Source: a virus (lineage: Duplodnaviria > Caudoviricetes). Taken from it: a DNA stretch of 61,907 nt. Below the pieces are notes generated by a model. It did not search any database. It had not been told where the DNA came from and worked only from the letters and a program-made list of their open reading frames with translations. The translations under genes were made by a program, and so were the position numbers. The stretch spans positions 1 through 61,907 of the IMG/VR virus record IMGVR_UViG_3300023184_000128, one strand, 5' to 3'. The stretch's first letter is position 1, and each line of letters begins with the position of its first letter. Below, piece by piece: positions 1-9,906 of this stretch.

Positions 1-155
1 GCACCACGCTCCTAATGGAAATTTATCTTTATCTCTGTAACAAAGATTTCCCATTTTAAGAACATAAGCACAAACAGTTGTCATTTGAATTGTATCTTTA
101 GAAGTATCAGATAGAATAATTCCACCCTTAGTTTGAGCTGGTCCAGCATAAGGCA
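1..155. repeat. Terminal overlap, left copy (circular assembly)
   Basis: 1-155 matches 61753-61907 except at positions 127 (c/t) and 130 (a/g). Confidence 0.95.
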
Positions 156-315
156 AAACTAAAAGTCTCCAACCCGTAGGCTGTGGCAGTCTATCTAAAG
201 TAGATTTATCTATTGAATTTGGGTTGAGAACTTTCTCAACCACTTCTTTGTCTTGATAAACTTCTTTTAAACCTTCATGTATAGAAGGAATATCAGTCGT
301 TACTGTCGTCGTCAT
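1..315 (-). CDS. groES: Co-chaperonin GroES, 5' part (continues at 61752..61615; 150 aa total)
   Basis: ATG at 315 with GGGAG upstream; manual translation gives LPQPTGWRLLVLP..TKGGIIL, in frame with KEGDWVIFGRYAG..ILNDDEI across the junction. Confidence 0.9.
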   Translation of the reverse strand, partial: MTTTVTTDIPSIHEGLKEVYQDKEVVEKVLNPNSIDKSTLDRLPQPTGWRLLVLPYAGPAQTKGGIILSDTSKDTIQMTTVCAYVLKMGNLCYRDKDKFPLGAWC

Positions 316-502
316 CTTCACTATTCTCCCGTTTCAGCAGGTCATTAAGATCCTGAAGCAGAGTTTCTAAAGCTCTGAGTTGACCTCTAGCATAGTGAAG
401 TTTATCAAGCGTGTCTATACCATAGCAAAGATCATCCTTTATTAAGGCTAGTCGCTTGTTTATTAGTTTTTTTATATCTTGAACTGTATCAATACTTAGC
501 AT
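293..502 (-). CDS. Hypothetical protein upstream of groES
   Basis: ORF packed in operon; helical YARGQLRALE segment. Confidence 0.7.
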   Translation of the reverse strand: MLSIDTVQDIKKLINKRLALIKDDLCYGIDTLDKLHYARGQLRALETLLQDLNDLLKRENSEDDDDSND

Positions 503-1365
503 TTTGTTAATTTACGGATAATATTATATTGTTCATGATTGTCAAATTCTTTTCCTAAACCTATTTTATGAGCATGTTCTTTAGCATAAGTTCCCTTAAT
601 AAATATTTCTGTTAAATCTTCTCCCCATTTTTCTACACCTTTTTTTAGATACTGGTCTCTTCTAACTTTTTCTTGTTCTGTAGATTCTGCTCCATCCCAA
701 GATGATTTACCGTGAAAGTGTAATATGAATGGATGTAATGCTAACATTGTTTTATATCCTTTAATCGCTGCTCTAATTCTATAATCCATATCTTCTCCAC
801 CACAATTAGAAAACGTATGATCAAAATAACCTACTTCATTATGAACTTTGTAAGGAATTCTTGCTAAATACATTTGTATAAATATACGTTCTTGAATTAC
901 ATCTAGTTTAAAATTGTTTTGATGAAATCCTACAATAGCTTCTAAGTAAGGTTCTTTACCAATATATTCATCATAATGCATTGTAGGCATTGTTGAAAAA
1001 TTAGGACTTCTATACATAAAGTTTACATTACAAGCAGGAATTAAAATCATATCATCTGTTTGTTTTAATGCATCCAGCCAACCTTTAGTAAATACAACAT
1101 CGTTGGTTATAACGACAAAATGTTTTTTAAATTTCTTAGCTATTCTTAAACCTTTATTAAAATTCTCAGCCCAGCTTTTAGGTGTTTTATTATTAATATA
1201 AATATCTATTGGATAATCTTTTTTAAATGCATTTGTTCCATCATTGTTAACAAATACAAATATATCGTTGGGTTCTATTTTAGTATTTTTAAAAAAACTA
1301 TCTAATGCTAATTTAGAATAATTTTCTGTGATCTTAGAACTTACAAAACAAAATACATGGCTCAT
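496..1365 (-). CDS. Glycosyltransferase family 2-like
   Basis: NFNKG, ITNDVVF, VGYFD..GGEDMDY..R and ILHF GT-A motifs. Confidence 0.8.
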   Translation of the reverse strand: MSHVFCFVSSKITENYSKLALDSFFKNTKIEPNDIFVFVNNDGTNAFKKDYPIDIYINNKTPKSWAENFNKGLRIAKKFKKHFVVITNDVVFTKGWLDALKQTDDMILIPACNVNFMYRSPNFSTMPTMHYDEYIGKEPYLEAIVGFHQNNFKLDVIQERIFIQMYLARIPYKVHNEVGYFDHTFSNCGGEDMDYRIRAAIKGYKTMLALHPFILHFHGKSSWDGAESTEQEKVRRDQYLKKGVEKWGEDLTEIFIKGTYAKEHAHKIGLGKEFDNHEQYNIIRKLTKC

Positions 1366-1913
1366 GCTATTCTTTTTAAAACAGTCAAACCATTATTATT
1401 AGTTAATACTTCTTTTATCTCCCAGTCTTTATTCAATTTTATAAATTCATTTATAGCTTTAACGACTCCACTACAAGTTGCCGTATCATGAAATATTAAA
1501 TACTTTTTAACTTTATGTGCATGCATTTTTAATTCTTTAGAACATTGATCATAAGTATGTTCTGTATCTATAAATAATAAATCAGTTGGTTCTATATCTA
1601 ATTTATCTGCAATTGTACTTACACAAGTAAATGTAAAATCTTTATCTATTTCTCTTAAAGCTAAGAAATGAGTTTGCAAATGAGATTCTACTTCTTTATC
1701 AATATCAAAACATCTAATTGTTTTAGCTTTAGAAGTTAACCATGCCCAAGTACTAACACCTGTTCTAGTTCCAAATTCAGTTATATGTTCACATTCATTT
1801 GCATATTCAGTAAGAACTGGAATATGTTCATTGATATCCGATCTATTCGTACAAGCATGGTTGTAACCAAACTCAAGAAGATTATCTACTGTTAATGTTA
1901 TTTTATATGGCAT
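1362..1913 (-). CDS. Class I SAM-dependent methyltransferase (Methyltransf_24-like)
   Basis: EFGTRTGVST, DLLFIDTEHTY and IFHD motifs. Confidence 0.8.
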   Translation of the reverse strand: MPYKITLTVDNLLEFGYNHACTNRSDINEHIPVLTEYANECEHITEFGTRTGVSTWAWLTSKAKTIRCFDIDKEVESHLQTHFLALREIDKDFTFTCVSTIADKLDIEPTDLLFIDTEHTYDQCSKELKMHAHKVKKYLIFHDTATCSGVVKAINEFIKLNKDWEIKEVLTNNNGLTVLKRIA

Positions 1914-2920
1914 TAAATTAATTTTTTAGTCCAAGTACTTGGAGTTTTATCATTTATAATTTCTATGTCTAGATGATATTGAAAGGCCCGTGGTCCGTGG
2001 TGCTTAATATATTCATACGTTTTCCTAATACCTTCCTTTGTATTAGTCATCGTCTTATATCCTAAAAGTTTTCTTGCTTTATCTGAGGAGCAAGTCGCAT
2101 GTTTAACTTCTTGTGGGCGATCAGGGACATAGACAAAGTCTCCGTTGAAACCAGTAAGATTGGCACACGTCTCAGCGACCTCTTTTATTGTAACGAATTC
2201 TTCATCAGGTCCGATGTTAATTACTTGGCCCACGACTGACGGATCTTCGACCATTTTAAGTAAGCAACTTAAACAATCATCTACATAAGAGAAACATCTT
2301 GTTTGTAATCCATCTCCATAAATAATTGGAGGCTTTCCTTGTAACATTCTATTAATAAAAATAGATACAGCATTTCTAAATGGATCATCATATTTTTGAT
2401 TCGGTCCAATAATGTTATGAGGAACTGCAATGACTAATTCAACTCCGTGAACTTTGCATAATGTTTTTAATATTTCTTCTCCAGCAACTTTTGATATACC
2501 ATAAGGATCTACAGGTTTGGTTGGCATGTCTTCTGTAAATGGACTCGGTTGATCTCCATATCTTGCCATAGAAGAGCAATAAATAATTCTTTTAACTCCG
2601 TTTTGAATAGCTGCTGTTGCAACTCCTACTGTTGCCATAATATTATTTTGTGTAATGGTATAAGGTGAGAATACAGATAATCCTTCATGAGCGGTTGCTG
2701 CACAATGAAATAACACATCAATGCCTTCAGTAATTTTGAGCATTGATTTAAAATCTGCACAATCTAATTTATAAAAATTATCTAGGAATGGAATATTATC
2801 TTTATCTCCACCTAATAAATTGTCTACACCTATAACTTCATAATTTCTATTAAGAAGTTCTTTACAAATATGTGAACCTAAAAATCCAGCAGCCCCTGTG
2901 ACTAAAATTGTTTTAGCCAT
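1913..2920 (-). CDS. NAD-dependent nucleotide-sugar epimerase/dehydratase (extended SDR)
   Basis: TGAAGFLG, SS..YG, YGISK catalytic motif, GDGLQTR. Confidence 0.92.
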   Translation of the reverse strand: MAKTILVTGAAGFLGSHICKELLNRNYEVIGVDNLLGGDKDNIPFLDNFYKLDCADFKSMLKITEGIDVLFHCAATAHEGLSVFSPYTITQNNIMATVGVATAAIQNGVKRIIYCSSMARYGDQPSPFTEDMPTKPVDPYGISKVAGEEILKTLCKVHGVELVIAVPHNIIGPNQKYDDPFRNAVSIFINRMLQGKPPIIYGDGLQTRCFSYVDDCLSCLLKMVEDPSVVGQVINIGPDEEFVTIKEVAETCANLTGFNGDFVYVPDRPQEVKHATCSSDKARKLLGYKTMTNTKEGIRKTYEYIKHHGPRAFQYHLDIEIINDKTPSTWTKKLI

Positions 2921-3011
2921 TTTTTAATTTCTTTTTTAATTGTTTAATTTGTTTTTTTAAATTAAAAATTATTTTATCAAGATCGTTTGGACCTTTATCC
3001 TTAATAGACAT
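2913..3011 (-). CDS. Small basic coiled-coil peptide (32 aa)
   Basis: Manual translation MSIKDKGPNDLDKIIFNLKKQIKQLKKKLKNG; TAATG coupling fills the gap. Confidence 0.5.
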   Translation of the reverse strand: MSIKDKGPNDLDKIIFNLKKQIKQLKKKLKNG

Positions 3012-3208
3012 TATTCAATAATTTTCTTTTCTCTTTTGATATGTCCTAGGACTGTTCCTTTGTGAGAACCTTCTTTAATAGTATAACCAGAAGTTCCGTT
3101 GCCATTAATCTCAACTTCTTTTCTGCTTCTAAGTAAAGCATCATTTTTCTTTTCTATTTCTTTATTAGAAAAGTTTTTAGCTATTAAATCTTTTAATCTT
3201 TCTATCAT
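3011..3208 (-). CDS. Hypothetical protein
   Basis: ORF in operon; EVEINGNGTSGYTIKEG. Confidence 0.7.
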   Translation of the reverse strand: MIERLKDLIAKNFSNKEIEKKNDALLRSRKEVEINGNGTSGYTIKEGSHKGTVLGHIKREKKIIE

Positions 3209-3209
3209 A

Positions 3210-3311
3210 TTAAAATGTCTTTTCTATTTTTAATAATGTTATATTGTCTATATAAGTTGAATTTACATTATTGCAAGAATAAAGCAATAACAATATAACT
3301 ATGTATTTCAC
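3210..3311 (-). CDS. Putative small lipoprotein (33 aa) downstream of holin
   Basis: GTG start overlapping holin stop; MKYIVILLLLYSC lipobox-like signal. Confidence 0.4.
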   Translation of the reverse strand: MKYIVILLLLYSCNNVNSTYIDNITLLKIEKTF

Positions 3312-3739
3312 TATCCGTTTTCTTGGTCTTTTGATGAGGGTTTATTAGCCATGGTTCTAGCCACAGATTCTGCGGATCTTCCTACCACGTAACCTCCTAG
3401 ACCTATCTGTAATAGTGTCCAAACATCCCCTGGAAGCGTTATAGTTATAGAAGCCTTAAAGAAAAACAATATTACAGGTCCTAATACATAATTCCATACT
3501 AATATAAATATAAGCACATACATTAATAAAGGTCTCCAAGAACTAGCAAACCAACCTGCTTTTGCTTCAGCTTCAATAATTCTAGAAGCCGCTTGTAACT
3601 CTTGAGTATGAGATTGTAACATTTGTGTTTGTAATTCTGCTTTTAATTTAGCAGCAAGATCTTTATCTGTTACAGCTTTATCTACTGTGTTAAAAAGTAT
3701 TTTAGCTAATGGAGCTACAGCTCCTAACATCTGTAACAT
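3311..3739 (-). CDS. Holin, GTA 3TM-holin-like
   Basis: AEA..WFASSWRP motif followed by TM helices and LGGY..GRS.E. Confidence 0.8.
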   Translation of the reverse strand: MLQMLGAVAPLAKILFNTVDKAVTDKDLAAKLKAELQTQMLQSHTQELQAASRIIEAEAKAGWFASSWRPLLMYVLIFILVWNYVLGPVILFFFKASITITLPGDVWTLLQIGLGGYVVGRSAESVARTMANKPSSKDQENG

Positions 3740-3741
3740 AA

Positions 3742-3852
3742 TTATAATTTTTTTAAATTTTTATCTACAGGTGGTATTTGTGGCATTGGTCCTTTTAAAG
3801 GAGGTGGGCCAAATCTTTTACCAAGTACTGGAGCTTTTTCTTTTTTAATCAT
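3742..3852 (-). CDS. Small Pro-rich peptide (36 aa)
   Basis: ATGA overlap with portal stop; MIKKEKAPVLGKRFGPPPLKGPMPQIPPVDKNLKKL. Confidence 0.55.
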   Translation of the reverse strand: MIKKEKAPVLGKRFGPPPLKGPMPQIPPVDKNLKKL

Positions 3853-6203
3853 TGTTTATTTTGTTTTTCTCTGGCTAATTGAATTTTTTGTTTAGCAATA
3901 TCTAATCTGTCATAAGATTGTTTATCTTTAACTTCAATCTCATGTTGTTTCATTAAAGTATCAACTTTAAATTGAGAAGCATTTAATGCATTATCAGTTG
4001 CAATATTATTTTGTTTAATTTGTAAATCCATTGCTCTAAGATCTAATTCTCTTTGTTTAAGAGCAACAAGTGGATCTACTTTCTGTTCACCAGCAGCTTC
4101 TGCAGCTTGTAATTGTGCAGTAAGTTCTACAGTTCTTTGTGCAATCAAACCGTTCATTTTAACTGTAAACATTTCTGGATTTGTTTTTGCTAATATTTTC
4201 TCTGCAGGATTAGATGCTAATGCTTCTACAACTTCTTGTGAAGCTTTTTGAGAAATATGTTCTGAGATATGTCCTTGTAATAATGCATACACTGCAGGAT
4301 TAATTTGTACCATTCTTGTTTTAATAAATAATGAGTGTGCTGCTATATGAGCATCATGATCTTGTGTAGGAAATGCTTTAGGTAATTTCATTTGTAATGC
4401 TTCCATGTTTTCCATAGCAGGATCTTTTGGAAGTTTAGGTTCTTCTGGTTTTAATAAATCTTCTATATGTTGAGTTCCTAATGCAGTATAAACTCTTCTG
4501 TAAGCTTCTCTAATGTCATGTAACTCTGGAGCTGACATTGCAATCTTTAATGTTTCATTAGCAAGAGTAACTCTTTGTGATAATGAAAATACGTTTGGAT
4601 CAGCAACAGGTATTACATCTACTCTGTCATCAAAGTCTGTAAGTTTTACAAAACGATCCCCACCATAAACTGCATATGGATATACAGGAGGTAAATACGT
4701 TGCGAATATTTTATGTAACAATCTAAATTCAGTTCTCATAGAATAATAACATCGCTTATGAATAGCTGACATTACTCTTGAGCCTCTTTCTAATAATGCA
4801 ATCGTTGTACCAACAGCGGCTTGTTGATTACCATCTCCAACTTGAATATCTGCGATTGCTGCAAATCTTTGTCCAGCTTCAACACAGAAACCCATTAATT
4901 GATAAAGGACTGCACTTGGTTCTTTAAATGGAAGTAATTGGAATTGATCTTTAATGTTTCCTCCTGGTGCGTCTACATCTCTAAACTCACCTGGTTGAAA
5001 TGGTTGATCATCATCTCTAATTCTTAAACCTCTAGCTTTAAATCCAGCGGGTAAGTTAGCTAATGTTCCAGCATCTAATAATTGTCTTAGAGCTTGAGTT
5101 GCTGATCTAGATAATCCACCGATCATATGAATTAATCCAAATCCATAAAATCCTAAACCTGGTAAAAATTTAAAATGTACAAAGTAATCTTTTCTAATCT
5201 TTAATGGATCTTTCTCATCCCAGTTTCTATAAATAGATAATATCTTTTGTGAACCTTCATCTAAAGTTACAATGTAAGGAATCTTAACATTTTTATTTTT
5301 ATCATTAGAGGTTTTTTCAAATTCTGCTAAATCTAAATCCACATGCATTTCTAATATATTAAATTGAAAATCTATATTATTGCCTGGTGAATTAACTCCT
5401 TCTAATTGATCATATTTCTTTTGAATATCACTTTCATTAGGATTTGTTTCTTGTAATTCTACATCTCTATAAAATCCCGCTTCTTGTTTTTTAAGAATGT
5501 CATTCTCAGACATTTTAACAACATGGGTAATTCTTTCACAATCTTTTAAATCTGTTGCATAGTATGGAACCACTAAATCTTCTGCAGGTATAAATTTAGA
5601 TACTGCACGTTCCATAATCTCATCATAGTAAATTTTTTTAAATGCAGATCCTGCTAATGGTAAATAAAATAATAATTGATCAAATTCTGGAGTATATTCT
5701 TCCATTTGTTCCATCAACATATAGTTCATAAAATCTTCTACACGTTGTGCTTGGTTTTCAACTTCTTGTGTATCTTCACCAATAACTTGTGTTCTTACAG
5801 GTCCTGATGCTGGTAATAATTCTTTATAAGCTTGTGCTTGAAATTGTGTAACGGCTTCAGCAAGTAACGGATGTGTTACGCCTGATGCTCCTTGAAACGG
5901 TCTTGTTTGATCTCTGTATCTAAATCCTAATAGATCTAAACCACTTACATAACCTTGTTCCCAATCTTGTCTAGATTCTTTATCTCTTTTGTAATCATTT
6001 AATAATGTATAAGCAATTTTGCTTAACATTTTATCATCCATATCTTCTGCAAGATTACGGTAAAAATCTTCTTTAGGTGCTTCTTCAACTGGAGGCTCTT
6101 GTCCCTCTATTTGAACGTTAACAGGTTCTGCGGGTACAGACATATCTGTTTGTACTGCGGAAGGATCTATTTCTCCTATTGGGTTGTTATCTTCAATTGC
6201 CAT
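3849..6203 (-). CDS. Portal protein (P22-like podovirus)
   Basis: 784 aa downstream of terL; HPLLAEA..FQA, GSAFKKIYYD, PGLGFYGFG; C-terminal coiled coil. Confidence 0.9.
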   Translation of the reverse strand: MAIEDNNPIGEIDPSAVQTDMSVPAEPVNVQIEGQEPPVEEAPKEDFYRNLAEDMDDKMLSKIAYTLLNDYKRDKESRQDWEQGYVSGLDLLGFRYRDQTRPFQGASGVTHPLLAEAVTQFQAQAYKELLPASGPVRTQVIGEDTQEVENQAQRVEDFMNYMLMEQMEEYTPEFDQLLFYLPLAGSAFKKIYYDEIMERAVSKFIPAEDLVVPYYATDLKDCERITHVVKMSENDILKKQEAGFYRDVELQETNPNESDIQKKYDQLEGVNSPGNNIDFQFNILEMHVDLDLAEFEKTSNDKNKNVKIPYIVTLDEGSQKILSIYRNWDEKDPLKIRKDYFVHFKFLPGLGFYGFGLIHMIGGLSRSATQALRQLLDAGTLANLPAGFKARGLRIRDDDQPFQPGEFRDVDAPGGNIKDQFQLLPFKEPSAVLYQLMGFCVEAGQRFAAIADIQVGDGNQQAAVGTTIALLERGSRVMSAIHKRCYYSMRTEFRLLHKIFATYLPPVYPYAVYGGDRFVKLTDFDDRVDVIPVADPNVFSLSQRVTLANETLKIAMSAPELHDIREAYRRVYTALGTQHIEDLLKPEEPKLPKDPAMENMEALQMKLPKAFPTQDHDAHIAAHSLFIKTRMVQINPAVYALLQGHISEHISQKASQEVVEALASNPAEKILAKTNPEMFTVKMNGLIAQRTVELTAQLQAAEAAGEQKVDPLVALKQRELDLRAMDLQIKQNNIATDNALNASQFKVDTLMKQHEIEVKDKQSYDRLDIAKQKIQLAREKQNKQ

Positions 6204-6206
6204 TGT

Positions 6207-6458
6207 TTAATATAGTTTAGTTGGTTTACTTCTTGCTAATTTATTTCCTCTAGCTATCACAGATCCGCCTTTTTGCAAAGGAGTAAATGTAGTAGATCCT
6301 TTAGCCGATGCATTAGACATTGGAACTACTCTAGGTTCATTAATACTAACGGGTCTTGGTGATCTATTTAAATCAGTACTAGTTTCTGTTTTTCCTAATG
6401 CTTGTCTAAATAATCTTTTAAATAGAGGATGATTCCTTAATAAACTTCCTAATGCCAT
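6207..6458 (-). CDS. Small late protein with GG tag and KPTKLY end
   Basis: LQKGG..KPTKLY C-terminus shared with neighbours. Confidence 0.75.
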   Translation of the reverse strand: MALGSLLRNHPLFKRLFRQALGKTETSTDLNRSPRPVSINEPRVVPMSNASAKGSTTFTPLQKGGSVIARGNKLARSKPTKLY

Positions 6459-6466
6459 AATCCATC

Positions 6467-6757
6467 CTAATACATCTTAGTAACTTTTTTTCTATCATTC
6501 ATTACTTTGCCACAACCTTTAGCAATGAACCCGCCTTCCTTAATACCAATTGGTTCTTTAAAACCAGGTGGCATTGTTCTAGCCTGAGGCATTTCATTTT
6601 CAAATTCTGTAAAAACTTCTGGCATTACTCTCATCATATCTTCTTCTTGAATTTCATAATTAGGTTTTTTTGCATCAATATTTTCTAATAATTCTAATTC
6701 AGAGTAAGATTTATACTTACTTAAATTTTTTTCTGCTCTACTTTTCTTCTCCGCCAT
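6467..6757 (-). CDS. Small late protein with GG tag and KVTKMY end
   Basis: IKEGGFIAKGCG..KVTKMY. Confidence 0.75.
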   Translation of the reverse strand: MAEKKSRAEKNLSKYKSYSELELLENIDAKKPNYEIQEEDMMRVMPEVFTEFENEMPQARTMPPGFKEPIGIKEGGFIAKGCGKVMNDRKKVTKMY

Positions 6758-7149
6758 TAGTATAATTTAGTCGGTTTAGTTTTAGCAAGTTTAGTTTTAA
6801 CCGTAACGGATCCACCAGCAGAATAAGACATACTATCATCTGGAATCTCATAAGTAGGTGGTGTATTTTTTCTACCTGTACCATACATAGTATCATCCGT
6901 AATAGGAGGCTTATCGGGTTGATCGTAGAATCCTGGTTTGAATTCATTACGACTCATATAAGGATCTTTATCTTTAGATTTTTTTTGAGAAGTAGGCATT
7001 CCTCCTTTTTTTAACATAGGACCATAGAAATCATTAAAATATTCTTCTGGAGAATTATACCCCATTGGAATTCCTTCTTGCTCGTATTCTTTAACGATCT
7101 TTGGATTAATTTTAGTTTTAACTTTTTTATCTTTTTTATCGTCTGGCAT
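6757..7149 (-). CDS. Small late protein with GG tags and KPTKLY end
   Basis: LKKGG, YSAGG..KPTKLY. Confidence 0.75.
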   Translation of the reverse strand: MPDDKKDKKVKTKINPKIVKEYEQEGIPMGYNSPEEYFNDFYGPMLKKGGMPTSQKKSKDKDPYMSRNEFKPGFYDQPDKPPITDDTMYGTGRKNTPPTYEIPDDSMSYSAGGSVTVKTKLAKTKPTKLY

Positions 7150-7151
7150 AA

Positions 7152-7628
7152 TTAATACATTTTAGCTTTTTTAATTCCTCTAATCGCTGCACCAGTGCCA
7201 CGGACCATGCCGCCTTCTTGTAATGCTGCACCCATACCAGCCATAGCCATTCCACCACCACGCTTTTTCATTTTAGATTTACCAGCTTCTGATAATGCAA
7301 TTGCAATTGCTTGTTTAGGATTTTTTACAACGGGTCCTTTTTTTCCACCCGAATGTAATTTACCTTCTTTAAATTCTTTCATTACTTTACTAACTTTTGC
7401 TTGAGCCTTAGTTGGTTTCATAGCACCTCCTCTAACCATTTTAGATTTTTTCATTCCACCCATTTTCATATATTGTTTTCCTGGTTTAAGTTTTTCATCT
7501 TCAAGTCCCATACCCATTCCATCTGCTGGTGGTTTTGGTCTTGGTTTCAATGGTCTAAAATATTCTTCCATTGCATCTAATTCTTCTTGTGTTGGTTTTC
7601 TTTGATTTTTAAAATCATCTTTAGACAT
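7152..7628 (-). CDS. Basic late protein (DUF6496-like KVMKEFKEGKLHSG..KQAIAIALSEAG) with GG tags
   Basis: Recognisable conserved basic motif; several Phi-x-x-GG; ends KKAKMY. Confidence 0.75.
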   Translation of the reverse strand: MSKDDFKNQRKPTQEELDAMEEYFRPLKPRPKPPADGMGMGLEDEKLKPGKQYMKMGGMKKSKMVRGGAMKPTKAQAKVSKVMKEFKEGKLHSGGKKGPVVKNPKQAIAIALSEAGKSKMKKRGGGMAMAGMGAALQEGGMVRGTGAAIRGIKKAKMY

Positions 7629-7637
7629 AGTTATCTC

Positions 7638-9125
7638 CTAATAATATTTATATTCTTTTGGCGGACGCTCTTCGTCCATATAATCCATATATGTACTGAC
7701 AAAGCTACCTTGGCGGTATCTTAACACGGCTTGAGTAGTACTGTCCACATAATCGTCATATTCTCCATGGGGAAATGCAGCACATTCCTCAATAACATCC
7801 ATAGCAAACTTTTCACCATCTGGATAGTAAACATTACCAGCTTCAAATACTGGAGCACATGAATTGATCCTAGTAAACTTATCATTTCCTTTATTAGGGC
7901 TAAAATCTACAGCAGGAATACCCGCTCGTCTAAACTCTTGTAATAAAGGTTGTCCAGAAGCTTTAGCTTCAATTAATACAGTTTCTGGTTCCCAATATTT
8001 ATATTGTTCAAATGCTATATTCTTTAACTCTGGAAAATCAAACTTACCTTTAATAGCATCTAATAATATCATTGCATAAGGCTGATCTTCCTTAGGTTGA
8101 AATATACCCCATGTAGTAATAGCAGAATAATCGGCAGTTTCCTTTTTACTAAAAGCAGTATCATAACTTTGTATGACATGATGTAGATTCGGTATGTCTT
8201 CGTACTTCCATGGTCTCCACCACTCTCGTTTAATAATAGCTCCTTCTTCAGATGTAGGGTTCTGCATATATTGTGCAGACCAGTTTCTAATACTTAACGA
8301 TGCTTTTACTTTTTCTAATTCTTCTAAACTCCAATACTCTGGCCAAACAGGAGTCCCTGATTCTAAAATTGCTGGAAATGAAATTAATTTCCACTTGTCT
8401 GCTTTAGGTTCTGACTGAGCCTTGATTAATCTACCAGTAAGGTCATCTTCAGCCCACCTAGTCATAACTAACAATATGGAACCACCTGGTTGTAAACGTT
8501 GTCTGGGTCCTGATAAATACCATTCGTATGTTCTTTCCATTGCAGTATTAGACAATGAGTCTTGTTCTGTATGGGGATCGTCAATAATCAACAAATCCGC
8601 ACCACGTCCTGTAATGGAACCACCAACACCAGCAGCATAATATTCACCGCCGTGATTTGTTTCCCAACGACCTTTTGCTTTAGAATCTTCTCTGAGCCTC
8701 ACATCACCAAAGATTTGTTTATACTGTGGCGAATCAATCAAGTTACGAACCTTACTACCAAATCTTCCAGATAATTCTGCATTGTGTGATACCTGCATTA
8801 ATTTCATCTTAGGATACTTCCCTATAATCCATGCAGGAAAATAGATTGAAGCGAACTCAGATTTAGTATGTCTAGGTGGCATGTTAATAATGAGCCTCCC
8901 TTTTTTATTACTTGCTATCTTAGTAAATTCATTTGCGATTATCTGATGGTGTCCCCAACGGGTCCTATCTGTTTCTTTACGAAAAATGAAGTCAGGCCAC
9001 ATCTCTCTAACAAAATATAAAAAATTATCCTGGCACAACTTGATATGTTGGATCCATGCACGCTCAACTTTCTCCCTTAACTGTTCTGTAGTTAATAGGT
9101 CAACATTAGAAATATTAGGTTCCAT
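7638..9125 (-). CDS. terL: Terminase large subunit (ATG at 9125 preferred; ORF open to 9164)
   Basis: INMPPRHTKS Walker A variant, IIDDPH Walker B, SYDTA/DYSA/DDYVD RNase H nuclease motifs. Confidence 0.95.
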   Translation of the reverse strand: MEPNISNVDLLTTEQLREKVERAWIQHIKLCQDNFLYFVREMWPDFIFRKETDRTRWGHHQIIANEFTKIASNKKGRLIINMPPRHTKSEFASIYFPAWIIGKYPKMKLMQVSHNAELSGRFGSKVRNLIDSPQYKQIFGDVRLREDSKAKGRWETNHGGEYYAAGVGGSITGRGADLLIIDDPHTEQDSLSNTAMERTYEWYLSGPRQRLQPGGSILLVMTRWAEDDLTGRLIKAQSEPKADKWKLISFPAILESGTPVWPEYWSLEELEKVKASLSIRNWSAQYMQNPTSEEGAIIKREWWRPWKYEDIPNLHHVIQSYDTAFSKKETADYSAITTWGIFQPKEDQPYAMILLDAIKGKFDFPELKNIAFEQYKYWEPETVLIEAKASGQPLLQEFRRAGIPAVDFSPNKGNDKFTRINSCAPVFEAGNVYYPDGEKFAMDVIEECAAFPHGEYDDYVDSTTQAVLRYRQGSFVSTYMDYMDEERPPKEYKYY

Positions 9126-9342
9126 AGCAAAATCAACTGTACTGTATGTATAAGTCCTGCACAAGGGTACATCACGAAGACACTCTTTTTTTTAAAAATT
9201 CCATTAAAAGTTGCACAATTCTAAGTTGTATTGGGCTTTGGTTATGAGCCTCAACGGCTCAAGTATCACGGCTCAAGGCTAAGTTATGCTAGGTTATATA
9301 ACATAATATCATAAGTGATAAGTAAAGATTATCGGAAAATAA

Positions 9343-9768
9343 TTAAGCAATACAATGTTTTTTAGCGACGTGCTCAAGCAACGTGGCTACGCCGTCGACG
9401 CTATAGTCTACGCTTAATTGCTCAGTCATCACGTGGCACGGCTCAACCCTATAGAGTTTGAGACCACGCTCCTCGAGGGGTCTATTCAAGATGTAGGCAA
9501 CGCCTCCCGCTTTCATATGGTTATATATCCAGTTGAATTGGTACTTTGAAACGTTGCAATTCTTTAAGTTATTACTTTTTATTTCAAGCCAAAATTCAAC
9601 TGATTTATTAATCAGTTTAGAATAATAAACTATGTTTAAATCTGGTATACCTTGCAAGGTATAACCGCTCTCAACCCTTGTTAAATGACAATTTAATTTA
9701 AGATTTACAACGGCTTTTTTAATTAGTTTATATACATTACTTTCAGTTGTTTTATTCATTAAATGCAA
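9343..9768 (-). CDS. VRR-NUC/Holliday junction resolvase-like nuclease
   Basis: RVES..GIPDL..FWLEIK..Q..W PD-(D/E)xK pattern. Confidence 0.7.
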   Translation of the reverse strand: MHLMNKTTESNVYKLIKKAVVNLKLNCHLTRVESGYTLQGIPDLNIVYYSKLINKSVEFWLEIKSNNLKNCNVSKYQFNWIYNHMKAGGVAYILNRPLEERGLKLYRVEPCHVMTEQLSVDYSVDGVATLLEHVAKKHCIA

Positions 9769-9906
9769 CTTATAATTGAATAACTAAGGGGTCAATATGT
9801 CATTGTTTTTATTATCTTATTTCTTGTAATATTTTGTATTTTTTTCTTTTATTTTGTATCAAATTAATTTAATTAAATATTTATTAACTAACAAAGGTAA
9901 ACAAAA

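Noticed and set aside
496-2920. DNA hypermodification cassette
   Set aside because: No thymidylate synthase/hydroxymethylase or purZ-type genes recognised, and the location is in a late operon; not excluded but unsupported
7195-8774. Plus-strand ORFs opposite terL and neighbours (and similar ones at 23710, 25008, 28573, 38062, 40252, 43380, 46658, 49340, 51285, 53135, 55013, 57133, 57937, 59277, 59501, 61579)
   Set aside because: Antisense shadows of well-supported genes
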